The translations under genes and the position numbers were made by a program. The notes beneath the pieces were generated by a model, which saw nothing but the letters and a program-made list of their open reading frames with translations, was not told the origin of the DNA and ran no database searches. A DNA stretch of 64,000 nt from the NCBI GenBank assembly GCA_964519305.1, contig CAZFHY010000018.1:24803-88802 (forward strand), in the 5' to 3' direction. The stretch is from Candidatus Undinarchaeota archaeon. Lineage in GTDB: Archaea > SpSt-1190 > JASMDC01. This document shows positions 9,344 through 20,400 of the stretch, in pieces; the first letter of the stretch is position 1; every line of letters starts with the position of its first letter.

Positions 9344-10402
9344 TTAAATCTCTTGGGCAGGGTCGGCGGACGCGGTGCGGTCCTCCGGGTATACGAGCCG
9401 GAACACCTTGACATCACCGCCGGGCGATGAGTGGACGAGCTCGACCTCGTCGGATCCCTTCCCGTCCAGGAAGAACAACCGGGTGAAGAGCATGTCTTGG
9501 GCTTTGTCCTCCATGTACACCAGGATGTCCTTGGTGATGACGACCGTCCCGGGGACGATCGTGGCGTTCTGTCGGTTCGGGACGTCCATGACCTTCGGGT
9601 TCCCTCCGAAGATATAGTTACCTAGGATGCCCTCGACGTCGGTATGGAACTCGCCGTCATCGGTGAGGTTGCCCAGGCGGATGACGGGGATGAAGCGGAA
9701 CGACGTGTCCACCATTAGGTCTATCCGTGCCATCGGCTCTGTGACCGTCCCGTCCGGTCGCCTGAACGGTACATAGTTCATGAAGATGCCCGTCTGGCCA
9801 CCATGGTCCTCTCCCGTCTCGAGCTTGTAGAGGTAGGTGAAACGGGTGCCGCACGATGGTCTGGTGCACTCGGGACCGGTCCGGTTGAAGTGGGCGACTG
9901 CGCATTCCTGGGGGATGCAGTCCTCTCCCACGCGCGAGACCCAGTAGAACTTGACCATGAGCCCCTTGTCGACAATGATATAGGCCGGACGGGAGCGGCC
10001 TTCGGTGTGGCGGTCGATGAACACATCACCCTCGCACTCGGGCGGAGTGCCCTTGTCGCAAGTGCGGAGAGAGAATAGCTCGTCGGCGTTGGTGCTCATC
10101 AGCATCCGACCCATGTCGACGTTCACAGGGGCGACGCTCTGCCCTTCCTGGGTCACGACGTCCCTGCCGGCCACGTTCTTGACCCAGCGGCCGTAGTCCC
10201 ACCACGTGAACACGATGGCGTTCTCTTCCGTGTTGTTGCGCATGTAGAGGAGGGCGTCGAGCCATTCCTCCTCCGGTCCAAGGGGGCTGGGTCCCTGGTC
10301 AGCAGGACCGGGGGCCGTGGGCGACAGGTCGTCCTTCACAGTCCCGATGTAGAGCGTCAGGAGGATGATCGCGAGGATGCACGCGGCAAGGTCCCGGCGC
10401 AT
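9344..10402 (-). CDS. stand-alone AglB/STT3 C-terminal-domain protein
   Basis: 'W..AL..MRNNT....IVFTWWDYG.W' and 'DKGLMVK' (DK motif); single N-terminal hydrophobic segment. Confidence 0.75.
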   Translation of the reverse strand: MRRDLAACILAIILLTLYIGTVKDDLSPTAPGPADQGPSPLGPEEEWLDALLYMRNNTEENAIVFTWWDYGRWVKNVAGRDVVTQEGQSVAPVNVDMGRMLMSTNADELFSLRTCDKGTPPECEGDVFIDRHTEGRSRPAYIIVDKGLMVKFYWVSRVGEDCIPQECAVAHFNRTGPECTRPSCGTRFTYLYKLETGEDHGGQTGIFMNYVPFRRPDGTVTEPMARIDLMVDTSFRFIPVIRLGNLTDDGEFHTDVEGILGNYIFGGNPKVMDVPNRQNATIVPGTVVITKDILVYMEDKAQDMLFTRLFFLDGKGSDEVELVHSSPGGDVKVFRLVYPEDRTASADPAQEI

Positions 10403-10505
10403 GGACCCCTCGTGAGAGGGATCGTTTAAATGTGTTCGGTGGACGCCCGGATACCGGCACGCCCCTCCCTATAGGGCTTAATTCTACGGACGACATCTCT
10501 TTGAT

Positions 10506-11786
10506 ATGGGGCCAGACCCACGTCCCGATCCCTTCGCGGGAAAGCGTCGCTCACGCTCGACATCCCGCTGTGTGCTATGCCGCGGTACGAAGAACCTCTG
10601 TGGGAAGCACCGGTGTCCTGTCATCGCCCGGGCAATGGCCCTGTCGCGTACCGAACTAAAGGTCGTGGGGACCGAGGTGGCCGGCTCGTCCCCGCCAGGG
10701 GTGTTCGTGGGACGGTACGGATATCCGAAGGTGAGCGTGGGGCCCATGCTCCCGCCCTACCACGGCGACACCGCGGTCCTGGACACGCCGGAGGAGTGGA
10801 TGGGCCGCTCCATACAAGACATCATCAGGTTCCGGTACTCGCTCCTGCGGGGGACGACACCAGTCCCTGTGACCGATCCGGGTGGGAGCCGGCTCGTGAC
10901 CGATCTTCAGGAAGTGGCCTTATCCTCAACACCCGTGGACGCCGAGGCCCGGTTCACCAAACGTCCTGGTGGGACCATCAAGCTGAGCGCCAACGTTCAG
11001 CCTTTCGGCCCATCGGCACCCCTCCGGTCATTCTCGGTATCACCAGGGACCGCCGACCAGCGGCTGGAAAGGTCGTTCGGGGACACTGACCTCAAGGCAT
11101 CAGAGGCGGTCGCCGGACTCTACGACGGGGGTGTTCGGGTGAGCGCGATACAGCGTGCCCTGTCCATCGGTATGCTCGGTACCGGACGTCGGCGGAAGCT
11201 GGTCCCGACCCGGTGGAGCATCACAGCCACGGACTCGATCATCTCTGACACCCTGGTCGACAGGGTGAAGGATAATCCCACTATCGATGAGTTCAGGGTC
11301 CACACTTTCCACAACCTGGACAACATCTACACAGCGATACTCATGCCCGCCAATTGGGCGTTCGAGTGGACCGAGGCATGGCACCCGTCCTCTGCCTGGA
11401 ACATGGCCGGGAAGCGCCCGGGGATGATCTCTGACAGTGAACCCTACGAGGGACGGACGACCTATCCTCACATAGGCGGATGTTATTTCAGCACCCGGCT
11501 GGCGGTGGCCGAGCATCTGGCGTCCGAGGGTAAGCAGGCCGCAGCGCTCGTGCTCCGTGAGATACATCCCGGCTACATCCTCCCCGTGGGGGTGTGGAAC
11601 GTCAGGGAGAGCATCCGGGCGACCCTTCATCAACCCTATGAGGCCTTTGACGGGTTCGAGGGCGCTTTTGGCCATGCCCTGGACCAGCTCACCATCGCCC
11701 GGGAGCACTGGGTAGCGACCTGTGACCTGGTAAAGGATTCGCTCTACCAGAAGCGGCTCACCGACTACATGGGGGCGAGCGCCTGA
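10506..11786 (+). CDS. nreA: Nre-family archaeal DNA repair protein
   Basis: CxxC...LCG...CP zinc site, GSSPPGVFVGRYGYP, LVPTRWSITA, GVWNVRE; C-terminal PIP box QKRLTDY. Confidence 0.92.
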   Translation: MGPDPRPDPFAGKRRSRSTSRCVLCRGTKNLCGKHRCPVIARAMALSRTELKVVGTEVAGSSPPGVFVGRYGYPKVSVGPMLPPYHGDTAVLDTPEEWMGRSIQDIIRFRYSLLRGTTPVPVTDPGGSRLVTDLQEVALSSTPVDAEARFTKRPGGTIKLSANVQPFGPSAPLRSFSVSPGTADQRLERSFGDTDLKASEAVAGLYDGGVRVSAIQRALSIGMLGTGRRRKLVPTRWSITATDSIISDTLVDRVKDNPTIDEFRVHTFHNLDNIYTAILMPANWAFEWTEAWHPSSAWNMAGKRPGMISDSEPYEGRTTYPHIGGCYFSTRLAVAEHLASEGKQAAALVLREIHPGYILPVGVWNVRESIRATLHQPYEAFDGFEGAFGHALDQLTIAREHWVATCDLVKDSLYQKRLTDYMGASA

Positions 11787-11800
11787 GAAAGGACGTCCGG

Positions 11801-12580
11801 GTGAGGCCTCAGCGGTGCACGACTGCCCTCTCTGCGAGCGGGCTCCCTGGACTGCGGTACGCGCTCAATCCCTACCTGGGATGTGCCCATGCTTGTGCGT
11901 ACTGCTATGCACCCGCCACCCTCCGACGGCCAAAGCTGACAATGACCTGGGGGCATGAGGTGTGCCCACGTAACAACATCATCGACGTGCTCGCACGTGA
12001 TCTCAAGAAGCGGGAGCCCGGGCTCGTGGGCGTGGGGACTGTCACCGATCCCTACCAGCCTGCCGAGCACACCTATCGTCTCACCCGTGGATGCGTCTCG
12101 CTACTGGCTTCATCGGGATTCCCGTTCCAGGTCCATACCAAGTCCGATCTGGTGCTCCGCGACCTCGACCTGCTCGTCCGTGCTGGTGAGCGGGCGTCAG
12201 TGGGGATCACTGTCACAACGCTCGACAAGGACATCGCTGCCCGGATCGAGCCAGGGGCATCATCCCCTGCGAAAAGGGCGACCATCCTGCGACGATGTGC
12301 AGAGGAGGGTCTGGCTACATGGGTGTTCCTGGGCCCGGTCATCCCCGGGTTGAACGACTCACCGGCCTCGTTGCGGGCAGTCGTCGGCCTGGCAGCAGAG
12401 ACAGGGTCCCATATCATGCTGGACCGGCTCAACCTGCGTCGGGGCGTGCTCGACCGTCTTCGACCTGTGATGCCGTCGTTCAGATCGGACGACCTGTCCC
12501 CGGCATGGTGGCAACGAGTGTTGATCACTGTATCCTCGGCCTGCAAGGAGGCAGGTCTGCCCTGGCGGTCAGCGTTCTGA
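11801..12580 (+). CDS. radical SAM protein (SplB/Rv2578c-like), Nre-associated
   Basis: NPYLGCAHACAYCYA (CxxxCxxC), TDPYQP and TKSDLVLRD motifs. Confidence 0.88.
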   Translation: MRPQRCTTALSASGLPGLRYALNPYLGCAHACAYCYAPATLRRPKLTMTWGHEVCPRNNIIDVLARDLKKREPGLVGVGTVTDPYQPAEHTYRLTRGCVSLLASSGFPFQVHTKSDLVLRDLDLLVRAGERASVGITVTTLDKDIAARIEPGASSPAKRATILRRCAEEGLATWVFLGPVIPGLNDSPASLRAVVGLAAETGSHIMLDRLNLRRGVLDRLRPVMPSFRSDDLSPAWWQRVLITVSSACKEAGLPWRSAF

Positions 12581-12587
12581 GGGATGA

Positions 12588-14849
12588 TCACCTGACGCTC
12601 GCGCGTCCCACTGCGGCCGCACCGTCCCGTTCCATGACCACGTCCCGTCCGTCGAACCTGAGGCCCCGTACGTCCACTGGCGCATGGACACGGAGGGTGA
12701 TGAACCGCAGGTCGTCCGGGTACCCTTCGTGGACGACCTCACGACGGACATCAGCGATACCATCGTTAATCGAGCATGTGATCCGGGTGAGACTGTACTC
12801 CCCACGCTCGTAAGCAAGCGATCGGCCGTCGTCATCGTACAGATCGCACCTGGCCTCCCCCTCGGCGGGAGCGAACACATGGAGGGTGAGCTCGTCGCCC
12901 CGTTCCTTGGTGCTGGCGCCGTAATTACGGGCGGATATGATCGCTCCCTCTCTAGCGTATAGCGGGAGCGTGCCCAGTGGCGCGTACGCCACGACGTGAC
13001 GGCCACCTTCATGGCGTTCGCCCGTCCACCAGTCGATCCAGGCACCCGCGGGCAGGTATACCAGCCTGTGCCGTCGGCCGGGTAGGTACACCGGGGCGAC
13101 CAGGAGGTCGCGACCCCAGAGGAACTGGTCGTCGCACCTGAGCGTCTCGGGATCGTCCGGGTGTTCCACAAGGAGCGCCCGCATCACCGGTACTCCGGTG
13201 AGCGACGCCTCGCGGAAGCAGCCGTAGGTGTAGGGCAGGAGCTCGTACCGGAGGCGGATGTACCGTCGACAGATGTCCTCCGCTTCAGGGCCGAACGACC
13301 ATGGGTCCTGGTCCTCCTTCTCTCTTGTGTGCGCACGGAAGAACGGACTGAAGGCGCCCAGCTGCGTCCAGCGAACGAAGAGCTCGGTGGAAGGATGGTA
13401 GTTGAACCCGCCAACGTCCGTGCCCACGAACGGAACGCCGGACAGGCCGAGGTTCAGGCACATGGGCATGGCCATGAGGAGGTGCTCCCAGATCGCACCG
13501 TTGTCGCCGGTCCACACCGCAGCATAGCGCTGTATACCGGTGAAACCCGCCCGTGTGAGCAGGAATGGCCGTTCATCGGGCCTGGCCTGCCTGAGCCCGT
13601 CCACGGTGGCCGCGGCCTCCCAGATAGCGTACATGTTATGGACGTCAGCATGGCTGCCCGCGGCGTGCACGATATCATCGGGGACCGTGTTGTGGGGTTT
13701 GTTGAAGGTGGCTGGCTCGTTCATGTCGTTCCAGACACCTCCCAGCCCCTGAGCGATCCAACGCGCGTTGAGCCCTGCCCACCACTCGCGCACGTCCTCC
13801 CGGCTGAAGTCCGGGAACCCGGCACGTTTCGGCCAGACCTTGCCCAGGTACACCTCACCATCGGGCGTCGTGCAGAAGTACCCGCGCTCGAGCCCCTCCA
13901 CCCAGACCGGGTAGCGTACGCTCTTGGAGATACCGGGGTCCACGATCGTCACCAGGTCGAACCCCTCCTCTTTCAGGTCGGCGATGAGCCCCTCGGGATC
14001 AGGGAACTCCTTATGATCCCAGGTGAAGCACCGGTAGCGGTCCATGTAGTCTATGTCCAGCCATATGGCGTCACAGGGGACGTTCTTCTCTCGGAACGTC
14101 CGCGCGAGCTCACGCACACGCTCGGCCGGATGGTAGCTCCAGCGACACTGGTGATACCCGAGCGACCAGAGCGGCGGCAGGGGCATGTGGCCGGTGAGGT
14201 CGGCGAGGCGTCGGAGGACGTCCTTTACGGTGGGACCCTCGAGCACGAACAGGCATGCAGGTCCACCGGTCGCGCCGAAGGCGATATCGCCGTTCCCGCT
14301 CCTGTCCAGCACCATGGAGGTGCGCTGGACGTTGTCGAACAGGATGCCGAAGGCCCGCCCGCGACAGAGCACGATGATGAAAGGGTGCGACTGGTACAGC
14401 CTTCGCGTGGCCGATGTGTGGTCCCAGTTGGCATCCGTGTTCCAGTTCTCCAGCATCTCGCCGGTCTTGTCCAGGAAACCTGTGCGCTCCCCCCCGCCGT
14501 AGAACGACGAGCCACGCTCGACACGTCCGTCGATGGTGATGTGACCGTCGTCCTTGCGTGACGCACGCAGCTCCGTCAGGATGGGCCCGCCGCCGATGCG
14601 TGAAACGTCCACTCTGTCCTGGGCCCTATCTACGCTCACACGCAGGTCCTCGGTGGCGTACGCGGGCCCGGTGGAGAGCTTTTCCTCGGACGAAGGCACC
14701 TCGTCACCTGTGAGGACCACGGCGAAGGAGTCTGGCCCGTCCTCGCCGAACCGGATGCGGGTGATGCCCGTGGCCGGGAATGTGACCGACATGGGTGCCA
14801 GGGGCACGGGTGGTGATGTCTGACCTGGCTCGGACGTCCTGCCTGCCAT
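12588..14849 (-). CDS. glycoside hydrolase family 31 (alpha-glucosidase)
   Basis: WLDIDYM, WNDMNEP nucleophile, WTGDN acid/base and DVGGF motifs. Confidence 0.92.
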   Translation of the reverse strand: MAGRTSEPGQTSPPVPLAPMSVTFPATGITRIRFGEDGPDSFAVVLTGDEVPSSEEKLSTGPAYATEDLRVSVDRAQDRVDVSRIGGGPILTELRASRKDDGHITIDGRVERGSSFYGGGERTGFLDKTGEMLENWNTDANWDHTSATRRLYQSHPFIIVLCRGRAFGILFDNVQRTSMVLDRSGNGDIAFGATGGPACLFVLEGPTVKDVLRRLADLTGHMPLPPLWSLGYHQCRWSYHPAERVRELARTFREKNVPCDAIWLDIDYMDRYRCFTWDHKEFPDPEGLIADLKEEGFDLVTIVDPGISKSVRYPVWVEGLERGYFCTTPDGEVYLGKVWPKRAGFPDFSREDVREWWAGLNARWIAQGLGGVWNDMNEPATFNKPHNTVPDDIVHAAGSHADVHNMYAIWEAAATVDGLRQARPDERPFLLTRAGFTGIQRYAAVWTGDNGAIWEHLLMAMPMCLNLGLSGVPFVGTDVGGFNYHPSTELFVRWTQLGAFSPFFRAHTREKEDQDPWSFGPEAEDICRRYIRLRYELLPYTYGCFREASLTGVPVMRALLVEHPDDPETLRCDDQFLWGRDLLVAPVYLPGRRHRLVYLPAGAWIDWWTGERHEGGRHVVAYAPLGTLPLYAREGAIISARNYGASTKERGDELTLHVFAPAEGEARCDLYDDDGRSLAYERGEYSLTRITCSINDGIADVRREVVHEGYPDDLRFITLRVHAPVDVRGLRFDGRDVVMERDGAAAVGRASVR

Positions 14850-14934
14850 ACCCCCCGTCCATGGCCCATTCCTTTATATCTGGTATCGGAGCGGATGGAA
14901 AAGCGTCATAAACGATGAACGACTAGTATCATGT

Positions 14935-15099
14935 ATGCAGGGATCCTCCCACGGCTCGCCCCGCGTCTGTATCCGCGACGGCCAGCAGTACTACAAGCAC
15001 GACTGCGAGATGAAGAGATGCCTCGACATCGAGCGGTGCTGGCCTCCCGAGGACGGCTCTGAGAACCAGGGCGTCCAGCAGGGGATATTCCAGTTCTGA
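14935..15099 (+). CDS. 54-aa microprotein with 4 Cys and a C-terminal PIP-like motif (below ORF-track cutoff)
   Basis: MQGSSHGSPRVCIRDGQQYYKHDCEMKRCLDIERCWPPEDGSENQGVQQGIFQF*; fills the intergenic gap; GAAAAG...TCATAAA about 25 nt upstream. Confidence 0.6.
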   Translation: MQGSSHGSPRVCIRDGQQYYKHDCEMKRCLDIERCWPPEDGSENQGVQQGIFQF

Positions 15100-15106
15100 G
15101 CGGGAC

Positions 15107-16279
15107 CTAGCAGCTCTTCATCCGGCGGGCGCTCTCCTCCAGCGCGGCTATGCCAGGGAGCACCCTTCCTTCAAGGAAGGACATGGAAGCCCCTCCTCCC
15201 GTGGAGACATGGGTGACCTTGTCGGCGAAGCCCATGCCCTCGATGGCCGACGCAGAGTCCCCACCACCGATGATGCTCACTGCCTCGGAACCGGCGACCG
15301 CTCTGGCCACGGACCGGGTGCCGTTCGCGAACCGCTCCCACTCGAACCGGCCCATGGGCCCGTTCCACACCACGGTGCGGGCGTCAGCGATGATGGATTC
15401 GTACTGTTCCATGGTCCTGGGACCGATGTCAAGCCCAATATCGGAATCGCCGATGTTGTCCACGTCGACGGCCTTTGCCGCTGCCTCGGGCTCCATATCG
15501 GCCGCCACGGTCGTGTCGACAGGTATGGTTATCTTGGGATCCGTGAGCAGTTCTCGTGCCAGATCGAGCTTGTCCTCCTCAACGAGGGACCTGCCGGTGG
15601 CCTTTCCCTGGGCCCGGAGGAACGTGTACATCATGGCGCCGCCGATGAGCAGGCGGTCCACCTTACCGAGCAGGTTGCGGATCACTTCGATCTTGTCGGA
15701 TACCTTGACACCGCCCATGATCGCGACGAACGGACGCTCGGGTGCAGCGAGCGCGGCTCCCATGACGTCGAGCTCCTTCTGGACAAGGAGACCGGCTGCA
15801 GCGGGGAGCAGACGTGCTACGGCCTCCACCGACGCGTGCGCTCTGTGACAGGTGCCGAAAGCGTCGTTCACGTACACGTCACCGTACGAGGCCAGCTTGG
15901 CAGCGAAGGCTTCATCGTTGCCCTTCTCCTCGGCATGGAACCTGAGATTCTCCAGCACGACTATTCGGTCGTTGGGGATGTCCACATCGATACATTCGTC
16001 CAGCTTGGCCACGGACATGCCAAGGAGCTTGCCGAGCTGTGCGGCCACAGGGTCCATCCTGAGCGAGTCGACGACCTTTCCCTTGGGCTTACCAAGGTGA
16101 CTGCACAGCACGACCTGCTTCGCATCACGTTCCAGGATGGTGCGGATGGTGGGCAGGGCAGCGCGGATGCGCTTGTCGTTGGACACCTCACCGTCGTCGG
16201 TGAGGGGGACATTGAAGTCGACGCGTACGAGCACACGCTTGTTCGCAAGGTCGAGGTCATCGAGGGTTAGGAACTCCAT
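15107..16279 (-). CDS. pgk: phosphoglycerate kinase
   Basis: RVDFNVP, SHLGKP, ENLRF, NDAFGTCHRAHAS, WNGPMG and STGGGAS motifs. Confidence 0.97.
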   Translation of the reverse strand: MEFLTLDDLDLANKRVLVRVDFNVPLTDDGEVSNDKRIRAALPTIRTILERDAKQVVLCSHLGKPKGKVVDSLRMDPVAAQLGKLLGMSVAKLDECIDVDIPNDRIVVLENLRFHAEEKGNDEAFAAKLASYGDVYVNDAFGTCHRAHASVEAVARLLPAAAGLLVQKELDVMGAALAAPERPFVAIMGGVKVSDKIEVIRNLLGKVDRLLIGGAMMYTFLRAQGKATGRSLVEEDKLDLARELLTDPKITIPVDTTVAADMEPEAAAKAVDVDNIGDSDIGLDIGPRTMEQYESIIADARTVVWNGPMGRFEWERFANGTRSVARAVAGSEAVSIIGGGDSASAIEGMGFADKVTHVSTGGGASMSFLEGRVLPGIAALEESARRMKSC

Positions 16280-16409
16280 GGCCGATCGGTTGGCACGAGC
16301 AGGTTCGCGTTTAAAACCCTTTCCCTGGTGCGCGAGAGTGCCTGATGAAGGGTCGGGCCCGCGATTTCAGCAATGTTTATATACCGGCGACCCGGCCGAA
16401 CGGTGCAGG

Positions 16410-16943
16410 ATGGACGGGGAAGCGTTGTATCGGGAAGACATTGAGCTGGCGCTAGATAGCTACATGGACATCTACCATGAACGGGACCCGGCACCTCTTG
16501 AGCACAGGGACCTCGAGGACCACATCGTGTCCTACATCGAGCAATCGTATCATGAGCTAGCTGACAAGGAGGACGTGACCCTGAAGGTCTACCTGCCCGG
16601 TGTCGAGCGGGACGAGTCGATCGAGGGCACTATCACCGAGTCGATCCATAACTACTTCGAGTTCACTGAGCGGGAGGCGCGCAAGGAACTGCGCCACCAT
16701 TACCTCAAATCCGCCGGATTGGCCGTAATGGGTGCAGGCCTCATTGCCGGGAGCGCTTTCGTACCAGTACTGGCCGGATTGGGCATCGGTGCATCGATCA
16801 CTGCCGAGATCATCGGCGTAGGTGGCTGGGTGGGGGAGTGGAACGCTATCTCCAACATCCTGTTCGAGAGTGGGGATAAACGTGATACTGTGGCTATGTA
16901 TGACCGTCTATCCGACGCTAAGGTCGAGTTCCTGTACGACTAG
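16410..16943 (+). CDS. conserved hypothetical membrane protein
   Basis: 'DPAPLEHRDL' motif and two hydrophobic helices; TTTATA about 28 nt upstream of the ATG at 16410. Confidence 0.7.
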   Translation: MDGEALYREDIELALDSYMDIYHERDPAPLEHRDLEDHIVSYIEQSYHELADKEDVTLKVYLPGVERDESIEGTITESIHNYFEFTEREARKELRHHYLKSAGLAVMGAGLIAGSAFVPVLAGLGIGASITAEIIGVGGWVGEWNAISNILFESGDKRDTVAMYDRLSDAKVEFLYD

Positions 16944-17263
16944 CCGTCCAGTTTCCTCGACCACTCATCGAGCTTCTCGCTGAGCACTTCTGAACTCTCG
17001 ATGATCTTGTCCTGTGTGAGCTCGAAGTCGAATATCAGTGACTCGATACCCAGGATCGTCACTGCCAGGAGGGTCATGCAGAACACCATCGTGATGATGC
17101 CCCGGTTCACCTTCAGGACCGACATGAACTCATCCTGCACTAATGAACCCATGGGTACGTAGACTGCACAGATGAGGAAGGCAAGAACCAGGATGCCACT
17201 GACCGTCACGGCATATACACCTGAGATACGCTGTTTGCTCTTTACCATTGCCACCACTTGCAT
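16940..17263 (-). CDS. small two-TM membrane protein
   Basis: Two hydrophobic stretches and a coiled C-terminal tail; start uncertain (17263 or 17248). Confidence 0.6.
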   Translation of the reverse strand: MQVVAMVKSKQRISGVYAVTVSGILVLAFLICAVYVPMGSLVQDEFMSVLKVNRGIITMVFCMTLLAVTILGIESLIFDFELTQDKIIESSEVLSEKLDEWSRKLDG

Positions 17264-17404
17264 ATCTCTTAGACCCTCAACCTTTATATGACTCATAGTT
17301 ACGAACGACCGCCCCACGGTCTAGGAAAGGTTTTTATCCCTGCATGACCCTTCCCATAGTAACGGCCATGGCCACCTCGCACGGCCGGGTCAGGGGGCAT
17401 AGTT

Positions 17405-20400
17405 CTGGATTCGAACGGATCCGATGGGAGAGGTCGGCTCATCCGTGAGCTCGGCGACCTTCGCAGACTCATCACCGAACTCGAGGAGGAGGAACTGCGT
17501 CGGACGACCACCGAGCGGGAGCTGGCCGCTAGCGAGAAACGGTACCGTTCCATCTTCGAGCTATCCCCCGAGACGATAGTAATGCTCGACCGGACTGGGA
17601 AAGTGCTCGACATCAACGAGCGTGTACAGCACCTGCTAGGGTATGCACCAGAAGAGGTAATCGGCAAGCGTCTCATCGCTCTCCCCTTCCTCACGAGGGA
17701 GAGCAAGCTCAAGGCCACCGCCCGGTTCGCTAAACGCATGAGCGGAAGGGAGGTCGGGCCTTACGAGCTCGAGTTCTTGACCAAGGACGGAAATCATGTC
17801 ACAGGTCGCGTACAGGCGACACCCATCAAGGACGAGGAGGGAAGGATAACCGGTGACCTTGTGATGGTGTCCGATATCACGGCACGCAAGGACGCGGAGG
17901 AGCGCCGGTTGTATGACCGACGGTTGTACAAAGGTATCGCCGACAACACGCGGGACGGACTGGTGGTCATCATCGGTGGGAAGATCAGCTACGTCAACGA
18001 CCGCGTCAAGCAGATACTCGGATACTCGAAGAGCGAACTGGAGGGCATGAACGGCCTGGACATCGCGCCTCCGGAGGAGCACGACCGCATGAAGGAATTC
18101 ATGGGACGAGTGCTGCGAAAGGGAGCGCCCCCGGAGATGCTCGCGTTCTGGGCCGTGTGCAAGAACGGTGCACGACGTTATGTCCAGTACCGGTATTCCT
18201 CACTTCACCTTGGTGAGGGTGAGGACGGTTACCTCGTCGTTATCACGGACATCACCGAGCGCAAGCGTGCCGAGGATGAATTGGCGAAGAGCGAGGACCG
18301 GTTCAGCACCATATTCCATACAGCCCCTGTGTCTCTTTGGGAGGAGGACCTGAGCGAGGTCAAGGAAGCTGTCGATCGTGTCAAGGCATCGGGTGTGACG
18401 GATTTCCGCAGATATCTGGAGGGACATCCCGAGTTCATCCAGAAGGCCGCTGGGATGGTCAAGGTCGTCGACGTCAACGAGGCGACCCTCCGGATGTACG
18501 GTGCCAGAACGAAAGAGGAGCTTCTTGGTTCCCTGAACAAGGTGTTCACGCCCGAGTCGTTCGATGTATTCCGTGAGGAGCTCATAGCCATCGAGGGGGG
18601 GAAGACGTACTTCGAGGCCGAGGCGGTCAACAAGACCCTCCAGGGTAAGCGGATGGATATCATGATAACACTATCAATCCCATCGGGGACGACCGGATTC
18701 AATAGCCTGATCGTGGGCATCATCGACATCACAGCCCGCAAACACATGGAGCAGGAGCTCAAGGGGAGCCGTGCCCTATACAAGACCGTAACGGAGAGCA
18801 CCAAGGACGGCCTGGTCCTCATCCGCGAGGGACATATGGTGTACGCCAACGACCAGGTCTGCGATATCCTAGGGTATTCACACGAGGAGCTCATGGGGCT
18901 CTCGGGCCTGGACATAGCGGTACCTGAGGAGCGGCCACGATTGATGGGATTCATGAAACGGATCCTCAGGGAGGGCGAACCGCCCGGGGAACTGGAGTTC
19001 TGGATCGTTAGGAAGGACGGTGAACGGCGTTGCATCCAGTACCGGTATTCACCTGTCGCTCCCGACGAGCAGGGAGCGGGATACCTCGTGCTCGTCACCG
19101 ATGTCACAACGAGAAAGCATGCCGAGGATGAGCTCAACAGCTGGCTGTTGCTCGAGAAGGTCATCGCTGACATCTCATCCCGCTTCGTCGGCGTGTACGA
19201 TATCGATGAGGCCATCAACGATACCCTCGAGGACATGGGGACCATGAGCGGCGCGGGTCGTGCCTACATGTTCCTTATCAGCGAGGACGGTACGACCATG
19301 GACAACACCCATGAATGGTGTGCTGAGGGCATCGCCTCGAGGAAGGTCGATCTCAAGGGCGTGCCTTCCTCTACCTTCCCATGGATCATGGGAACCCTCC
19401 GCCATGGCGAGGCCGTGCACATCCCCGACGTGGCGAGATTGCCTCCGAAAGCGAAGGGGGAGATGCGTGCCCTCGAGGAACAGGGTGTGAGGTCCCTCCT
19501 AGCGCTGCCCCTGATGGTCCACGGAAAGCTCGCGGGCTCCCTTGGACTGGATAATCTCGATGAGGGGGGTGAGTGGCACGAGGATATCCTTACTCTACTG
19601 AAAAGGACCTCGCGTGTCATCAGCAACGCCCTAGAGCGCCGTAATGCCGAGGAAGCGATCGTCATGAGCGAGCGGAAGTACCGCACTCTGGTCGAGACGC
19701 TACCTCAGCGAGTATTCCATAAAGACCTGGACTCGGTCTACATCTCGTGCAACGAGAGCTATGCCCGTGACATCGGTTTGTCTCCCGACGAGATCGCAGG
19801 GAAGACCGATTATGAGTTCTACCCGAAGACCTTGGCGGAGAAGTACAGGGCTGACGATAGACGCATCATGAAGAACGGGCGGATCGAGGAGCTCGAGGAG
19901 CGTTACATCAAGCACGGAAAGGAGATATGGGTGCGCACTGTCAAGGTCCCTGTCAAGGACGAGGACGGGAACGTCATCGGTGTGATGGGGGTGTTCTCGG
20001 ACATTACCGACGAGAAGCGGGCCCGGGACGAACTACGAAGGGAGCACGAGCTTCTTTCCATTGTCGCTGAGACGACACCGGCCGCGATCGTGGTCGTCGA
20101 CCGTAAGGGCCGCATAACGTTCGCCAATCCACGGGCCGAGGATGTCCTGGGCCTGAAGAAGGACGAGATCACCCAGCTGACCTACAATGCACCTGATTGG
20201 AAGATAACAGCGATCGACGGCACACCGCTCCCCGAGGAACAGCTCCCGTTCAGAGTGGTCCGCGACTCTAAAAGACCTCAATCGGGGATACTCCTTGCCA
20301 TCGAGTGGCCCGGGGGCGAGCGCGTTGGTATCTCGGCGGACGGCGCACCGGTCATGGACGCATCGGGCGAGGTCGATGCAGTGGTGTTCGCCTTGAAGAA

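Noticed and set aside
13161-14561. 466-aa plus-strand ORF
   Set aside because: Antisense shadow of the GH31 gene; typical of GC-rich codon bias, with no motifs.
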